From contig JAUYKA010000005.1 of NCBI GenBank assembly GCA_030698495.1, positions 8,404 to 72,403 on the forward strand: DNA of 64,000 bases, read 5' to 3'. Source of the stretch: a bacterium (GTDB lineage Bacteria > Patescibacteriota > Andersenbacteria > UBA10190). Under the pieces are notes generated by a model that did no database searches, had not been told where the DNA came from, and was given only the letters and a program-made list of their open reading frames with translations. The translations under genes were made by a program, and so were the position numbers. Positions 9,233 through 19,837 of the stretch are shown here, piece by piece; within the stretch, counting starts at the first letter, position 1, and every line of letters starts with the position of its first letter.

Positions 9233-10849
9233 CTACTCCAACATCCCCCCAAACCTCGGCGTCTCCGTTCCCGCCTCTATCTTCGCCCGCCGCGGCAAAT
9301 ATTTCCGTATCGCCGCCAGCTCGTCGCACCTAAACAACAAACACATAGCCACATACGCCGCCACCCCGCCGCCGAAAGATACTAACAGCTGCAGCAATAC
9401 CCCCCAAAACCTGGTCATATCCACCATCGCCGCCACCGGATATTTTAGCGCCTGCAAAACCATTCCGGCCAGTACCGCCGCTACCGTTATCCTCGCCAAA
9501 CTAAACAGCACCTCGCGATCATTAAAACCGTTCAACTGCCAATGCAGCACGCCCAACAGCATCACTAAATTCAAAATCGCCGCCACCGAAAAAGCCAGCG
9601 CCAGCCCCTGCACGCCCATTCGCGGCGCCAACCATATTGCCAGCGCCACATTTACCACAATACTGATTAAAGAAACCGTCACCGGAATAATCGTGTTTTG
9701 CCTCACATAAAACGCTCGCGTCAACAACGGCACCGTCGCTTGCGCAAACAAACTGATCAGCAGCAACCCCAGTGTTTCGAAGGTTAGAATAGTATCTTCC
9801 CAGTCAAAAGCGCCGTCGCCAAACAGCACCCGAATCAACTGCGCGCGCAGCAAAAAGAAAAAGACCGCCACCGGCACCACTAGAAACAAAATATACCGAA
9901 AGGTTTTTGTCAGTGTATTCCTGAATTCTTTTTCCTGTCCTCGCGCTACTTGCTCCGCCAAGGTGGGAAAAGCCGCTTGGGCAAACGCCAAGCCGAATAC
10001 CCCTATCGGCAGACTCTGCACATTACTGGCCAAATGAAAAACCGAAATGGTTCCCGCCGCCAGCCCGGAACCGATTATCGTAACTAAAAACAAATTCACC
10101 TGTGTTCCGGCCAAACCGAATATACGCGGAATTATCATTCGCCGCAGTTTTTTTACATCAACGGAAGACCACTCCATTATCAGCCGCCAGCGCCAGCCGA
10201 CCGCGATCGCGCTCGGCAATTGCACCAACATATGTAGTGCTGCGCCCAGCACCACACCCCACCCCAGTCCGGATACTCCCATCATCGGCACCAGCCAAAC
10301 CACGCCGATAATTATACCGACGTTATAAAGAATCGGCGCCATCGCGTAAGCCACAAAACGCTTAAACGAATTCAGCACCCCGGAGAAAATAAAACTGATA
10401 CTCAATAATATCGGCTGCAGCGCCATCACTCGGGAAAGCATTATCGTCATTGCCAACTTGCCGCCGCTAAAACCCGGCGTTATCAAAGGCACAATCTTAT
10501 CGGCCAACATCACATATAAAATACTGAATATTATTACCACAATCAGGACTAAGTGAAGAACGGACAAGGAAAAATCAAACGCCTCTCTCTTTTTTTTATC
10601 TTTGCTATGAACCAGTTTCTCTGTGAACAAAGGAATAAACGCGGCCGACAAAGCTCCTACTACAACCAAATTAAAAATCAGGTCTGGTAAACGAAACGCC
10701 GCCACAAAAGCGTCAAACGTATCACCCGCGCCAAAGGTCGTGGTAAAAACCCTTTCTCTGATTAAACCCATGAAACGCGAACCTAAAGAGGCCGCTCCTA
10801 AAATCAGGGCCGCCGACACTACTCGACTGCTTACACCGTTTCTGGCCAT
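9233..10849 (-). CDS. murJ: Lipid II flippase MurJ (MviN)
   Basis: SR.MGL.RE, D.F.AAF.LPD, GALSAAFIP.F, polytopic membrane protein. Confidence 0.93.
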   Translation of the reverse strand: MARNGVSSRVVSAALILGAASLGSRFMGLIRERVFTTTFGAGDTFDAFVAAFRLPDLIFNLVVVGALSAAFIPLFTEKLVHSKDKKKREAFDFSLSVLHLVLIVVIIFSILYVMLADKIVPLITPGFSGGKLAMTIMLSRVMALQPILLSISFIFSGVLNSFKRFVAYAMAPILYNVGIIIGVVWLVPMMGVSGLGWGVVLGAALHMLVQLPSAIAVGWRWRLIMEWSSVDVKKLRRMIIPRIFGLAGTQVNLFLVTIIGSGLAAGTISVFHLASNVQSLPIGVFGLAFAQAAFPTLAEQVARGQEKEFRNTLTKTFRYILFLVVPVAVFFFLLRAQLIRVLFGDGAFDWEDTILTFETLGLLLISLFAQATVPLLTRAFYVRQNTIIPVTVSLISIVVNVALAIWLAPRMGVQGLALAFSVAAILNLVMLLGVLHWQLNGFNDREVLFSLARITVAAVLAGMVLQALKYPVAAMVDMTRFWGVLLQLLVSFGGGVAAYVAMCLLFRCDELAAIRKYLPRRAKIEAGTETPRFGGMLE

Positions 10850-10890
10850 ATTTTTTCCTTGTTATATCTTAGCCCCCCAAATACAGATTG

Positions 10891-12891
10891 CTATTTACTC
10901 TCCAGCACCGCACCGATCAGCCTATCTTCCCTCAACTCGCCGCGATACGTAAAACGATTATAATCTGTTTGCGTAATTCCGTCACTTGGCACTATATAAC
11001 CCACCCTAACGTTTTCCGGCAGTCTTATCTCCGTTCGTAATTGCGTACGCGTATCTCCCGGCTGCTTAGCCACATACACCGAGTAACGCCCCGCTTTATT
11101 AATTAATCCTGGCATCTGCACACCCTGGGGAATAATATACCGATACAAAGCCACGGACGTCGCTCCCGGTTGCGTCACTATCCAGTTGGCAAAATACAAA
11201 TAGCCCGCTTCTTCACCTATCAACGTACCATTTTCCCCCTGCCGTTGCGCCTGCTGCCAGGCAGCCACGTCGGCATCAGCCGACAACCCCTCAATCTCCT
11301 CTGGCTCAACCAGCTGTGGTACTTGCCCGGCCGGAGTAAAACCTCGCACCTCCTCAAGCACGGCGCCTTTCGGAACAAACACCCGCTGATATATGACATT
11401 ATCTTTAAAGGCCGGGTCTTCTCCTTCCCGATAATTCCCCGCGATCTTCTCCTCCGGTCCGCGATGCGTCCGCCTGATTGTTACCGTTGCCTCCACCTCC
11501 CCGTTTTCCCTGACCTCACTGCGATAATCTATCTCCTGCTCCACAAACTGATCGCTTTTATGCCCGCCGATATTGGCGTTTATCACACTCAAAAAGCCCG
11601 GTTCCGCCTGCGGCCACGTACCGCTGCCGCCCATCTCATCCAGCCTCTGCTGCTCGGCACCGTCTTTCATGTAAACCAGCAGTTGCTTCTCTTGAATCAT
11701 TTTTGCCAGCGCCGACATTGCCTGTAGATTATTCTGTCCCGCTCCCGTAAAAACCTTATTCATCAGCAGCGGAGTTAAATCAGCCAAAAATTGTTTCGGC
11801 TTATTCACTTCCCGGTCATATGAATAAGTCACCTGGTCTTGCGTTAAAGCCACAAAATTATCGGCGCCCACCGTCACACCGTACGCCGGCACTTCAATCG
11901 GTCCCGTAATTTTGAGCAGCTCTTTTACCACCTCCGGCGTCATAGCAATAACTCCGTCCACCGTCGGACCGCCTTCTTTCTCAAAAAAGTCCGCCGCCTT
12001 AGCCGCGCTCACACTGTAATCCGCAAACCAATTTACATCGCGCAAATACCACCGATTCGTTATGCGCCTTAGCGGCTCCGGCGGCGCAATATAGTCTTTC
12101 ATCTGTCCGTCCGGATCATACACCGTTTGCACATCAACTGTTTCAATTATCCCCCGATCCACATTAACCAAGCCAATACTGCCGATAAATCCTCCAGTCG
12201 GCCGCTGTTCGTTGTTGTTTTCAAATAAAATCAGATACTGCCGCTCGCGCTTACTACCCAACAAAGTTAACAGCCAATCTCCCTGGTTAACCAATAAATC
12301 CAACGGTTTTTTTATCTTCGCTACCGCGTTTTTCGTTTCACTCACCTGCTGTTTCAACTCATTAGGCAAAAACACGTCGTTGACTGTGTTCAAATTCGCG
12401 TCCGCCGCGTCTATCTCCGCCGCCGCCGCTCTCATCTCCTCCAGAGAATCCGACAACGCTGACATAAAATTACTCCCCTCCGCATCGACACCATTGACCA
12501 GCGGCTCGGCTCCGCGGGCAAAATGTTGTCCGGCACGGGCAATAGCTTCGGCGGCACGTAATATTCTGTCCCCGGATTTTACCGTTCCCGTTAAATCAAC
12601 AACCTCCAACACAGTTTTGGCTGTCGCTAACGCCCCCGCCAACTCACTCCTGGCTTCAGCCAACAACTGTTCCGCTTCTCCAAACTTTGTCTCGCCTTCC
12701 GCAAAATTTTGATCGGCCAGCGCCGTCTGTCCCATCGCCACTCTCTCATACGCTTCCTTAGCGTTACTAGCCACCGAACCGAGCGCTGCGTAACCCCTGC
12801 CTAAAGCCTGCAAATTCCACAGCAACCCCCAAGACGCTGACAAACCAACCAGCAGTAAAATCAGGTTAGCGGTATAAAATACTGTTTTTTT
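10891..12891 (-). CDS. DUF4012-domain protein, main part (probably joined to the upstream ORF by frameshift)
   Basis: YLILFENNNE.RPTGGFIGS, LRD.NW..D, VDGVIA, NANIGG.KSD; frame open from the A9 run at 12885-12893 and encodes a TM segment. Confidence 0.8.
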   Translation of the reverse strand, partial: KKTVFYTANLILLLVGLSASWGLLWNLQALGRGYAALGSVASNAKEAYERVAMGQTALADQNFAEGETKFGEAEQLLAEARSELAGALATAKTVLEVVDLTGTVKSGDRILRAAEAIARAGQHFARGAEPLVNGVDAEGSNFMSALSDSLEEMRAAAAEIDAADANLNTVNDVFLPNELKQQVSETKNAVAKIKKPLDLLVNQGDWLLTLLGSKRERQYLILFENNNEQRPTGGFIGSIGLVNVDRGIIETVDVQTVYDPDGQMKDYIAPPEPLRRITNRWYLRDVNWFADYSVSAAKAADFFEKEGGPTVDGVIAMTPEVVKELLKITGPIEVPAYGVTVGADNFVALTQDQVTYSYDREVNKPKQFLADLTPLLMNKVFTGAGQNNLQAMSALAKMIQEKQLLVYMKDGAEQQRLDEMGGSGTWPQAEPGFLSVINANIGGHKSDQFVEQEIDYRSEVRENGEVEATVTIRRTHRGPEEKIAGNYREGEDPAFKDNVIYQRVFVPKGAVLEEVRGFTPAGQVPQLVEPEEIEGLSADADVAAWQQAQRQGENGTLIGEEAGYLYFANWIVTQPGATSVALYRYIIPQGVQMPGLINKAGRYSVYVAKQPGDTRTQLRTEIRLPENVRVGYIVPSDGITQTDYNRFTYRGELREDRLIGAVLESK

Positions 12892-13805
12892 TTACCCCGC
12901 GCCGCCTCGTCGCAAGAGAGGCGAAGTGGGTGTTTGCCCCGCGCCGCTTGATTGTAATCGGACCTCTGCGGGGTTTCACTCAACCCGACTTGATTGTCTT
13001 CAGTCATCCCGCCCGCGTCAACAAATTCCGGCGTCGGCTTATAACCCAAGACTGGTTTATGTTTCATTGGACTATGTTTTTTCCCAGGCAGCCGCCCAAA
13101 AGGCCAGATACTGAAATGCAATGGTAAGGCAAATCGTCGCCTCGGCTCCTCGATTGTTGCCGACGCTAAGATTGGTTCCGTCATTTCCAAAGTAGCCGGA
13201 GCCGAACTTTTTTCTTGCGACCAAGAATATGACACGTCTCTTTCTCCGCTCACCAACAGACCTGTAGGGATCTTTTCTTTTTTCCTGCTCGGCCAATTCG
13301 CCACTCCCGGTCGCTTAATTTTCTTGCGCGTCATATTTTCTGCCTTTACCGGCACTGTCCGCGCCACAGTCACTTTCGTCGTCGGTGCGGTTCTCCTCTT
13401 GACCGCCAAACCCACATATGGCGGTAATGTCATTTTTAGCGTCGGTTTCGACTGGCGATAAACATCTCCGGTGTGATATTCCACGCCCCTATTCACCTGC
13501 TTGGGCACTTTCAATCTGCCGTAAGCGGGTGCCGTACTCGGCAATTCGGAATATATCGGTCTTCTCTCAAAACGAACAATTGCCTCGCGTTGTTTTTTCT
13601 GCCGCCGCATACGCGTCATTTCCTCCCTCACTGGCCGGCGCAGTCTGGCCGGCAGACGCCAATCAATTTGTACCACTTTCGGCCCTGCTTGGTTCATCGT
13701 CTGACGCTTTCTGCTTTCCGCGCCCACTAAACGACGCCGGCGGTCTTTCCCTCCGCGCTCTTCGTGATTGTATGAAGGATTATTGGGTGCAACTACATCC
13801 AGCAC
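12861..13805 (-). CDS. Basic, low-complexity N-terminal part of the DUF4012 protein (hypothetical)
   Basis: 314-aa Arg/Lys/Pro-rich ORF ending just past an A9 run; TACAAT-N6-GTG upstream. Confidence 0.6.
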   Translation of the reverse strand: MLDVVAPNNPSYNHEERGGKDRRRRLVGAESRKRQTMNQAGPKVVQIDWRLPARLRRPVREEMTRMRRQKKQREAIVRFERRPIYSELPSTAPAYGRLKVPKQVNRGVEYHTGDVYRQSKPTLKMTLPPYVGLAVKRRTAPTTKVTVARTVPVKAENMTRKKIKRPGVANWPSRKKEKIPTGLLVSGERDVSYSWSQEKSSAPATLEMTEPILASATIEEPRRRFALPLHFSIWPFGRLPGKKHSPMKHKPVLGYKPTPEFVDAGGMTEDNQVGLSETPQRSDYNQAARGKHPLRLSCDEAARGKKKQYFIPLT

Positions 13806-13857
13806 ACTCCTATTGTAGAACCAAACTCGTTCTTAAGCCAGCCTAAAACAAACCGGA

Positions 13858-14988
13858 TCATCGTTTTCCTGTTGCCTCTTCATACACCTTAAGATGTTGT
13901 TCCACCGCCTTATCCCACTTAAAGAATTGCGCCCGCGCTCTCCCTTCATCCGTTAATCGCGCCCGCAATCTATCGTCGTTCATAACCCGCTCCACCCCGG
14001 CCGCTATATCAACCACGCTTTCCGGATTGACATAAATCGCCGCCTCCCCCATTACTTCAGGCAAACTGGACACGTTAGATGTAACCACCGGCGCGCCGCA
14101 GGCCGCCGCTTCCAGTACCGGCAAACCAAACCCTTCGTACAAACTGGGCCAAACAAAACACGCCGCTTCTGCGTACATGGCCGGTAACAATTTCTGCGGC
14201 ACATACCCGGGAAAAATTACTTTTTGCTCCAGACTCAATGTCCGTGTCAACTTTAAAACTTTTCCCCAACCCGCCTTGGGCCGTCCGGTAATCACTAATT
14301 TATAATCGAATCCTTTTTTAATCAGTAAACCAAACGCCCTGATTAAACGATCCAAATTCTTGTGGCTCATCCACACCCCCACAAATAGCAAATACGGTTT
14401 GTTCGTACCAATAAGCAGCCTGGCCTTCTGCCTCTCCTCTCCGGTCACCGGCCGCCAAAATGACTCGTCCACACCTTCATATATCACTGTAGTTTTATCC
14501 GACATCTGAAGCGGCAAAAAGTTCAGCGCTTCTTTTGTCGCTTGCGACACGGCGATTATCGCCCTTGCGCCCTCTATCGCTCTCTTAAATACATACTCGT
14601 ACGCTATTTGCTGTTTCAAACCCTGGCGCCGCTGGCCAGGAAAAATAAACCGTGTCACATCATGCACGGTTACCACATACGGTCCCCGAAAAAATACCGG
14701 CACGTTAAAATGAGTAAAATGCCACAAATCCGCCCGCACTCCCGCGAGCTGCCGCCAGAACACAGTCTGTTCCCGCCAGGAATAATACGACCCATCCACT
14801 AATTTCATCTCAACTTTCCCTTTCGGAAACTCCGCGGCAAATCGCTTAAACGCCTCAGCGTCCGGCGCGCTTACCAGCGCCACATACTTATGATTATCCT
14901 CACAGCGCGCCAGACCCGCGATGATATTTCTGGTATATCTCCCGATCCCCGCCCAGCTAAAAGCTCTCGCGTCAATTGCTATTCGCAT
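13858..14988 (-). CDS. Glycosyltransferase family 4 (GT-B)
   Basis: GIGRY, TVHD, PSLYEGFGLPVLEA, SSLPEV.G. Confidence 0.92.
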   Translation of the reverse strand: MRIAIDARAFSWAGIGRYTRNIIAGLARCEDNHKYVALVSAPDAEAFKRFAAEFPKGKVEMKLVDGSYYSWREQTVFWRQLAGVRADLWHFTHFNVPVFFRGPYVVTVHDVTRFIFPGQRRQGLKQQIAYEYVFKRAIEGARAIIAVSQATKEALNFLPLQMSDKTTVIYEGVDESFWRPVTGEERQKARLLIGTNKPYLLFVGVWMSHKNLDRLIRAFGLLIKKGFDYKLVITGRPKAGWGKVLKLTRTLSLEQKVIFPGYVPQKLLPAMYAEAACFVWPSLYEGFGLPVLEAAACGAPVVTSNVSSLPEVMGEAAIYVNPESVVDIAAGVERVMNDDRLRARLTDEGRARAQFFKWDKAVEQHLKVYEEATGKR

Positions 14989-15053
14989 ACGTTATAGATT
15001 ATACATAATTTTTAATCTTCAGTTCGCAAACAAGGAGTTTGGAAATTTCTAAG

Positions 15054-16181
15054 TCACTCCAAGACGCTCTCCATAACTTCTATCGTCTCCCGTGCCGCGT
15101 TCCCCCAAGAATATCTATTCCGTATTTCCTCCCTTTGCTGACTGGTAACTTCCGGCAAATCATTCAACAGCTCGCGCAACACCACGGCAATTTCCGCCGC
15201 GTTGGCGGGGTCCACTAAAGTCGCCCAGTCGCCGACTACCTCCGGCAGTGATGAGTTAAAAGAAGTAACCACCGGCGTTCCCGCCAGCAACGCTTCCAGC
15301 GGTGGAAAACCAAACCCTTCGTAAAAACTGGGGTAAACAAACAAATCCGCTCCGGCATACAAACACTGCTTATCTTCTTCTTCCACAAAGCCCATCACCT
15401 TAATTCGCGCGCGCGCCGATGACTGCCTGACCGCCGCTTGAATCGGCCCCATTAACCAGCCCCTGCTGCCGGCAATAACCAGGTCTTGCTCGACACTATC
15501 GGCAATCGCGGTATACGAACGCACTACGCCAATAATATTTTTACGCGGTTCAAAAGTACCTAAAAACAGCACATATCTACGAGGCAATCCGTATTTTTCC
15601 CGCACCCGGTCAATCTCTTCGCGGGAAGGCGGCTCTTTCCAATCCGGCGTACCGGAATGAATGACCGTCACCTTAGCCGCGTCCAAACCGTAAATATCCG
15701 TTACGTCCCGGGCGGCGGCGGCGGAAACCGCGATTATGTGATCGGCATTCCTCAATAATTTTCTCGGCTGAACATATCGATGCCACAGACGCCTCTGTCG
15801 GGAATAAAATTCCGGAAAGCGCTCAAAAGATAAATCATGCACCGTCACCACGTATGGCGTCCTGGCCGACACCGGCAGGGGACGCGCGTTTGGCACAAAA
15901 AAACAATCCGCCGTGATCAAACCATCCCAGCGCGGCCAATTCAGTACATACTGACTGGCGTTGAATAGTTTATTGGGATATTTAAATACTGCCCTCTCAA
16001 TATCTTCGCCTAAATACGGCAACTCAACCGGCGACCAGGCGTTGTAGAAAACTTCGTATTTATTATCTCCGGGCACCTCCAGCATAGCCCTGATAATTTG
16101 CGAAGTGTACTCTTCGACTCCGCTGTGCCTGCCTTCCATCAGCGACCGAACGTCAATCGCTATTTTATGTCCCCCCTTCAT
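15054..16181 (-). CDS. Glycosyltransferase family 4 (GT-B)
   Basis: SGVEEY, TVHDLSF, EPRKN, YPSFYEGFGFPPLEA. Confidence 0.92.
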   Translation of the reverse strand: MKGGHKIAIDVRSLMEGRHSGVEEYTSQIIRAMLEVPGDNKYEVFYNAWSPVELPYLGEDIERAVFKYPNKLFNASQYVLNWPRWDGLITADCFFVPNARPLPVSARTPYVVTVHDLSFERFPEFYSRQRRLWHRYVQPRKLLRNADHIIAVSAAAARDVTDIYGLDAAKVTVIHSGTPDWKEPPSREEIDRVREKYGLPRRYVLFLGTFEPRKNIIGVVRSYTAIADSVEQDLVIAGSRGWLMGPIQAAVRQSSARARIKVMGFVEEEDKQCLYAGADLFVYPSFYEGFGFPPLEALLAGTPVVTSFNSSLPEVVGDWATLVDPANAAEIAVVLRELLNDLPEVTSQQREEIRNRYSWGNAARETIEVMESVLE

Positions 16182-16212
16182 AAGGAGGAAATTAAGAGGG
16201 GGTAAATAATTT

Positions 16213-16839
16213 TCACGCTTCTTCTTGATTCAGACTTTTCCATAATAACGCCCCGTTAACCAATATCAACAACGTCATAACAAACGTCGCTACCGTTATT
16301 ACCGGCACGCTTACCGCGCTTTTCCCTTCCCACGGCGTACTGGTCACCACCCTGAACTTCAGTGCCGGTATCCCTTCCTGCTGATATATATCAACATTAT
16401 TAGCCATTACCTCTTCTAGTCCCTTCGCCAGCAGACTGGCCTTTTCTTCGTCTCGGTCACGCACCGTAACCTGAATCAATTGCGGCGCTGTTTTTTCCGC
16501 CGTCACACTGCGCGCCAAGATTTTCGGATCTTCGCCGGGCAAATCCAAACCGGCCGACTCGTATGCCGCTACCACCGTCTCCGGAGTTGTTGCCCACTTG
16601 GCCAAAGAAGCCGCGAATAAATCCGTCGCCTGCAACGCGTAATAACCGTCAAAGGTGTATTCCGAAGGATTCTCGCGTTCACTTAAAGAAACCAAATAAG
16701 AATAATGCACTTCGTATGTTGGCCCGGAGCGCTCCGCCAGCGCATATGCCACCGCGGCGACGGCTAAACTCGCGATTAACAGCCACGGCATCATCCGCCA
16801 TAAATACTCCCGATAATATGACAAGCTCCCCCGGTTCAT
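16213..16839 (-). CDS. Wzz/CapA-like chain-length-determinant membrane protein (putative)
   Basis: N- and C-terminal TM helices around a soluble domain; polysaccharide locus; ATGA overlap with the upstream gene. Confidence 0.6.
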   Translation of the reverse strand: MNRGSLSYYREYLWRMMPWLLIASLAVAAVAYALAERSGPTYEVHYSYLVSLSERENPSEYTFDGYYALQATDLFAASLAKWATTPETVVAAYESAGLDLPGEDPKILARSVTAEKTAPQLIQVTVRDRDEEKASLLAKGLEEVMANNVDIYQQEGIPALKFRVVTSTPWEGKSAVSVPVITVATFVMTLLILVNGALLWKSLNQEEA

Positions 16840-17951
16840 AATCTTACCGAATTTTCCTTTTGGTAAACCATCCATTGATTCTGCACCTCTTCCCGAATAG
16901 CGCGCAAGAAATTCTGCCGGCGATATTTCTCTGCGTGCCGCCGAATCAACTCCGGATCGAAATTCTTTTGTTCAAGCCTCAATATCGCCCCCATTAAACT
17001 TGTCACCGTCTGTTCTTCAAAAAAAACGCCCGTCTCATCCGCCACCACCGTTTCCAGCGCTCCTCCCCCCGCGTACGCCACCGTGGGCTTTCCCGCCGCG
17101 GCCGCCTCCAGCGGCGTTATGCCAAAATCTTCCTCCTGCGGAAAAAGCAGAGCCCGGCATCCCGCGTATAATTGCGGCAACTGTTCATCTGGCACAAACC
17201 CCAGAAATTCCACGTACTCGCCCCCGCGCTTACGCAGGGATTCATAGTCTTGTCCTGTTCCCGCAATTTTAAGCGGACGCTTCAAACGCTCGCATGCTTC
17301 TATCGCCAATTCCACTCGTTTATATGGCACCAGTCTTGATACCACCAAATAATACCCCCCCGTCTCTTTACTGACCTTAAAATCATCAACATCCACCGGC
17401 GGCGGTACCACACGCGAATCACGATGATAATATTTCTTTATCCGACGCGCCACCACCTGCGACAGTGTCAGATAGCTATCAACCCTTTGCGCCGCGTAAT
17501 AATCCCACAAACGCATGTAAGACAAACCTAAGGGCGCTAGTGGCTTAAATAAAGCTAATCGGGAAAATTCACGCACGTACCGGTGCGAATCATCCCACAA
17601 ATATCTTGTCGGCGTAAAACAATAAGATAGATGCATAGTCGACGCTCCGGTAATAATTCCCTTGGTAAAACTATGCGTATCCGATAACACCACATCGTAT
17701 TCGCTAAAATCAAACTGCTCCACCGCCAGCGGCATCAGCAGGGGAAAAAAACGATGGTGACGCTTGGCGCCCGGCACGCGCTGCAGGAAAGACACCCTGA
17801 TCCTCGCCTCATCGAAACCGGCCGGCATCACCCGCCCGTTATGCAACAATGTGAACACGGGAGCATTCTCAAATGCCTCCATTAGCGCCAACAAGACTCT
17901 CTCCGCCCCGCCAAACTGGGTTAAATAGTCATGGACAATAGCTACGCGCAT
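16836..17951 (-). CDS. Glycosyltransferase family 4
   Basis: VHDYL.Q.GGAERVL, SRLVPYKR, EEDFGI.PLEA. Confidence 0.92.
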   Translation of the reverse strand: MRVAIVHDYLTQFGGAERVLLALMEAFENAPVFTLLHNGRVMPAGFDEARIRVSFLQRVPGAKRHHRFFPLLMPLAVEQFDFSEYDVVLSDTHSFTKGIITGASTMHLSYCFTPTRYLWDDSHRYVREFSRLALFKPLAPLGLSYMRLWDYYAAQRVDSYLTLSQVVARRIKKYYHRDSRVVPPPVDVDDFKVSKETGGYYLVVSRLVPYKRVELAIEACERLKRPLKIAGTGQDYESLRKRGGEYVEFLGFVPDEQLPQLYAGCRALLFPQEEDFGITPLEAAAAGKPTVAYAGGGALETVVADETGVFFEEQTVTSLMGAILRLEQKNFDPELIRRHAEKYRRQNFLRAIREEVQNQWMVYQKENSVRL

Positions 17952-17996
17952 CCAGATATATTAACGTAAGGTTGGCGACAACGCCAACCCCGCCAT

Positions 17997-18100
17997 AAAC
18001 TTAAAACTAAAAACTAAAAACTAAAAACTGCACCATAAAAAGAAAAAAGAACCGCGTAAAATCGTTCTTTTTCGTTTTTCACTTTACGTTTTGCGTTTTC
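17997..18100. repeat. Inverted degenerate heptamer repeat element
   Basis: (AAAAACT)n ... TTTTTCG TTTTTCA CTTTACG TTTTGCG abutting the stop at 18101. Confidence 0.8.
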
Positions 18101-19522
18101 TTATACCGCATTCTTATCCTTCAAAAGAAGCACCAAAGTTTTAAACAATAAAATTATATCCAAAAACAAAGACCACCCTTCCACGTACGCAATATCCAAA
18201 TTAGCTTCCTGATCAAACGAAAGACCGGCGTTTCCGTTTACCTGCGCCATCCCCGACATGCCCGGCTTAATGGTAAACAGCTTTTGGTGATGCTTGCCGT
18301 AACGGCTCACCTCATTCGGCAAATGCGGCCGCGGTCCGAACAAGCTCATTTCCCCTCGCGCCACATTAATCAATTGCGGCAACTCATCAATCCGCCATTT
18401 TCTTATAAATCTCCCCACCCGCGTCACCCGCGGGTCCATTTTCATTTTAAAAAGAGGCCCCGACCTCTCATTCGTTTCCTGCCGCAGTTTTTCTTCGTAT
18501 TGCCTCGCTTTTTCTCCACCGTAATTATTCCCCGTACAAAACTCCTGCTTCATACTGCGGAATTTATAAATATCAAACGGCTTCTTATTCCGCCCAATCC
18601 TGGTTTGACTGTATAAAATCGGTCCGGGCGAATCCATTCTTATAGCCACCGCCGCGGCCATGTAAATCGGTGCTAAAATGACCGCCCCCACCAACACGCC
18701 GAACAAATCCATCAGCCGCTTGGCCACCCGACCCCAGCCGTCCAATGGCGTGCGCTGCAATTCCATCACCGGCACTCCCCCAATCTGGCGAAATTGAACA
18801 TTGGCCGCGTGCGCCTCAAACGTATTGGGCACATATTTATAATCAATCTTGTATTTATCGCAAAAATCCAACAGCATCAAATTATCTTCATCCGTTAATG
18901 TCGGCGCTGTTTGAATAACCTCATCCAGCCCCGACCGCTGATACAACTCCTCCATTTCCTCCCAGCGCACCTTTTCCGACATTCCCACCACCACATAGCC
19001 AAGCTGGGGTTTTCGCCGAAAAACCCGCTCTAACTGATCGCCATATTTTCCGTTGCCTATCAAGGCCACGCGGTGGACCCCCGTGCCGCGACGCAACAAC
19101 CATTTCTGCGCGTACCTGACCCCGAACCTCCCCGCCGTCACAAAAATAATGGCGAACACATAAGCCGCCATCACAATGAATCGAGATTGAAACAAAGCCG
19201 CACTTAAGAAAACATAAACCAGCACTATCATCACCCCGATTGATATACTGGAAAAAATATGTGTTAACTCATCCAGCGGACGACGTGTCGCTCGCATCAC
19301 ATAAAGTCCCTGCATGGCGAAAATCACAATCGTTACTACCGCCACCACGCTTATCAACTGCAGATACTCAACCAGCGGCAAATCCAGCTGAAAAACAGCC
19401 GGTCTTATCTCCTGCGCCGTCGGACTCACCCGCAAATAATAAGCCAGCAACCCGGCCGCTATCATCGCGACGAAATCAATGGGCACTAAAATCGCCCCGA
19501 AAAATAACTCGGATCTTTTCAT
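18101..19522 (-). CDS. Polyprenyl-phosphate sugar phosphotransferase (WcaJ/WbaP family)
   Basis: KR..D, KFRSM, DPRVT.VG.F.RK..IDELPQL.NV..GEMSL.GPRP. Confidence 0.93.
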   Translation of the reverse strand: MKRSELFFGAILVPIDFVAMIAAGLLAYYLRVSPTAQEIRPAVFQLDLPLVEYLQLISVVAVVTIVIFAMQGLYVMRATRRPLDELTHIFSSISIGVMIVLVYVFLSAALFQSRFIVMAAYVFAIIFVTAGRFGVRYAQKWLLRRGTGVHRVALIGNGKYGDQLERVFRRKPQLGYVVVGMSEKVRWEEMEELYQRSGLDEVIQTAPTLTDEDNLMLLDFCDKYKIDYKYVPNTFEAHAANVQFRQIGGVPVMELQRTPLDGWGRVAKRLMDLFGVLVGAVILAPIYMAAAVAIRMDSPGPILYSQTRIGRNKKPFDIYKFRSMKQEFCTGNNYGGEKARQYEEKLRQETNERSGPLFKMKMDPRVTRVGRFIRKWRIDELPQLINVARGEMSLFGPRPHLPNEVSRYGKHHQKLFTIKPGMSGMAQVNGNAGLSFDQEANLDIAYVEGWSLFLDIILLFKTLVLLLKDKNAV

Positions 19523-19642
19523 ACTCTTGTATTCAACCAGCGACCATACGACCAATCACCTAAATTGTCAATACAATATGACACTGTCTTATATTGTAAT
19601 GCCGCTACCACCTAAACCGCAACGGTTATTTAACGTGCCTAT

Positions 19643-19775
19643 CACGGCGGGTGACGCGCTGGGGGGTCCCCCGCCGAGCGCCTGCACCCGCCTAAATTTT
19701 GCCGCAGCAAAATATTAGGCGGGGAAGCCGTCGGGCGGGGGCTCGAGCGCGGCAGGACCCGCCGGAGATGAACAA
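19643..19775. repeat. GC-rich long imperfect hairpin upstream of the rnpB promoter
   Basis: CGGCGGGT/ACCCGCCG outer stem, inner CCCGCCTAA ATTTTGC CGCA GCAAAAT A TTAGGCGGG. Confidence 0.65.
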
Positions 19776-19802
19776 TATTAGCCCCAGTCGCCTAAACGTC
19801 GT

Positions 19803-19830
19803 TTGACAAACCCCACATTTCGTATATAAT
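19803..19830 (+). promoter_or_regulatory. Sigma70 promoter of rnpB
   Basis: TTGACA-16 bp-TATAAT, 7 nt before the RNA 5' end. Confidence 0.85.
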
Positions 19831-19837
19831 GTCAAAT

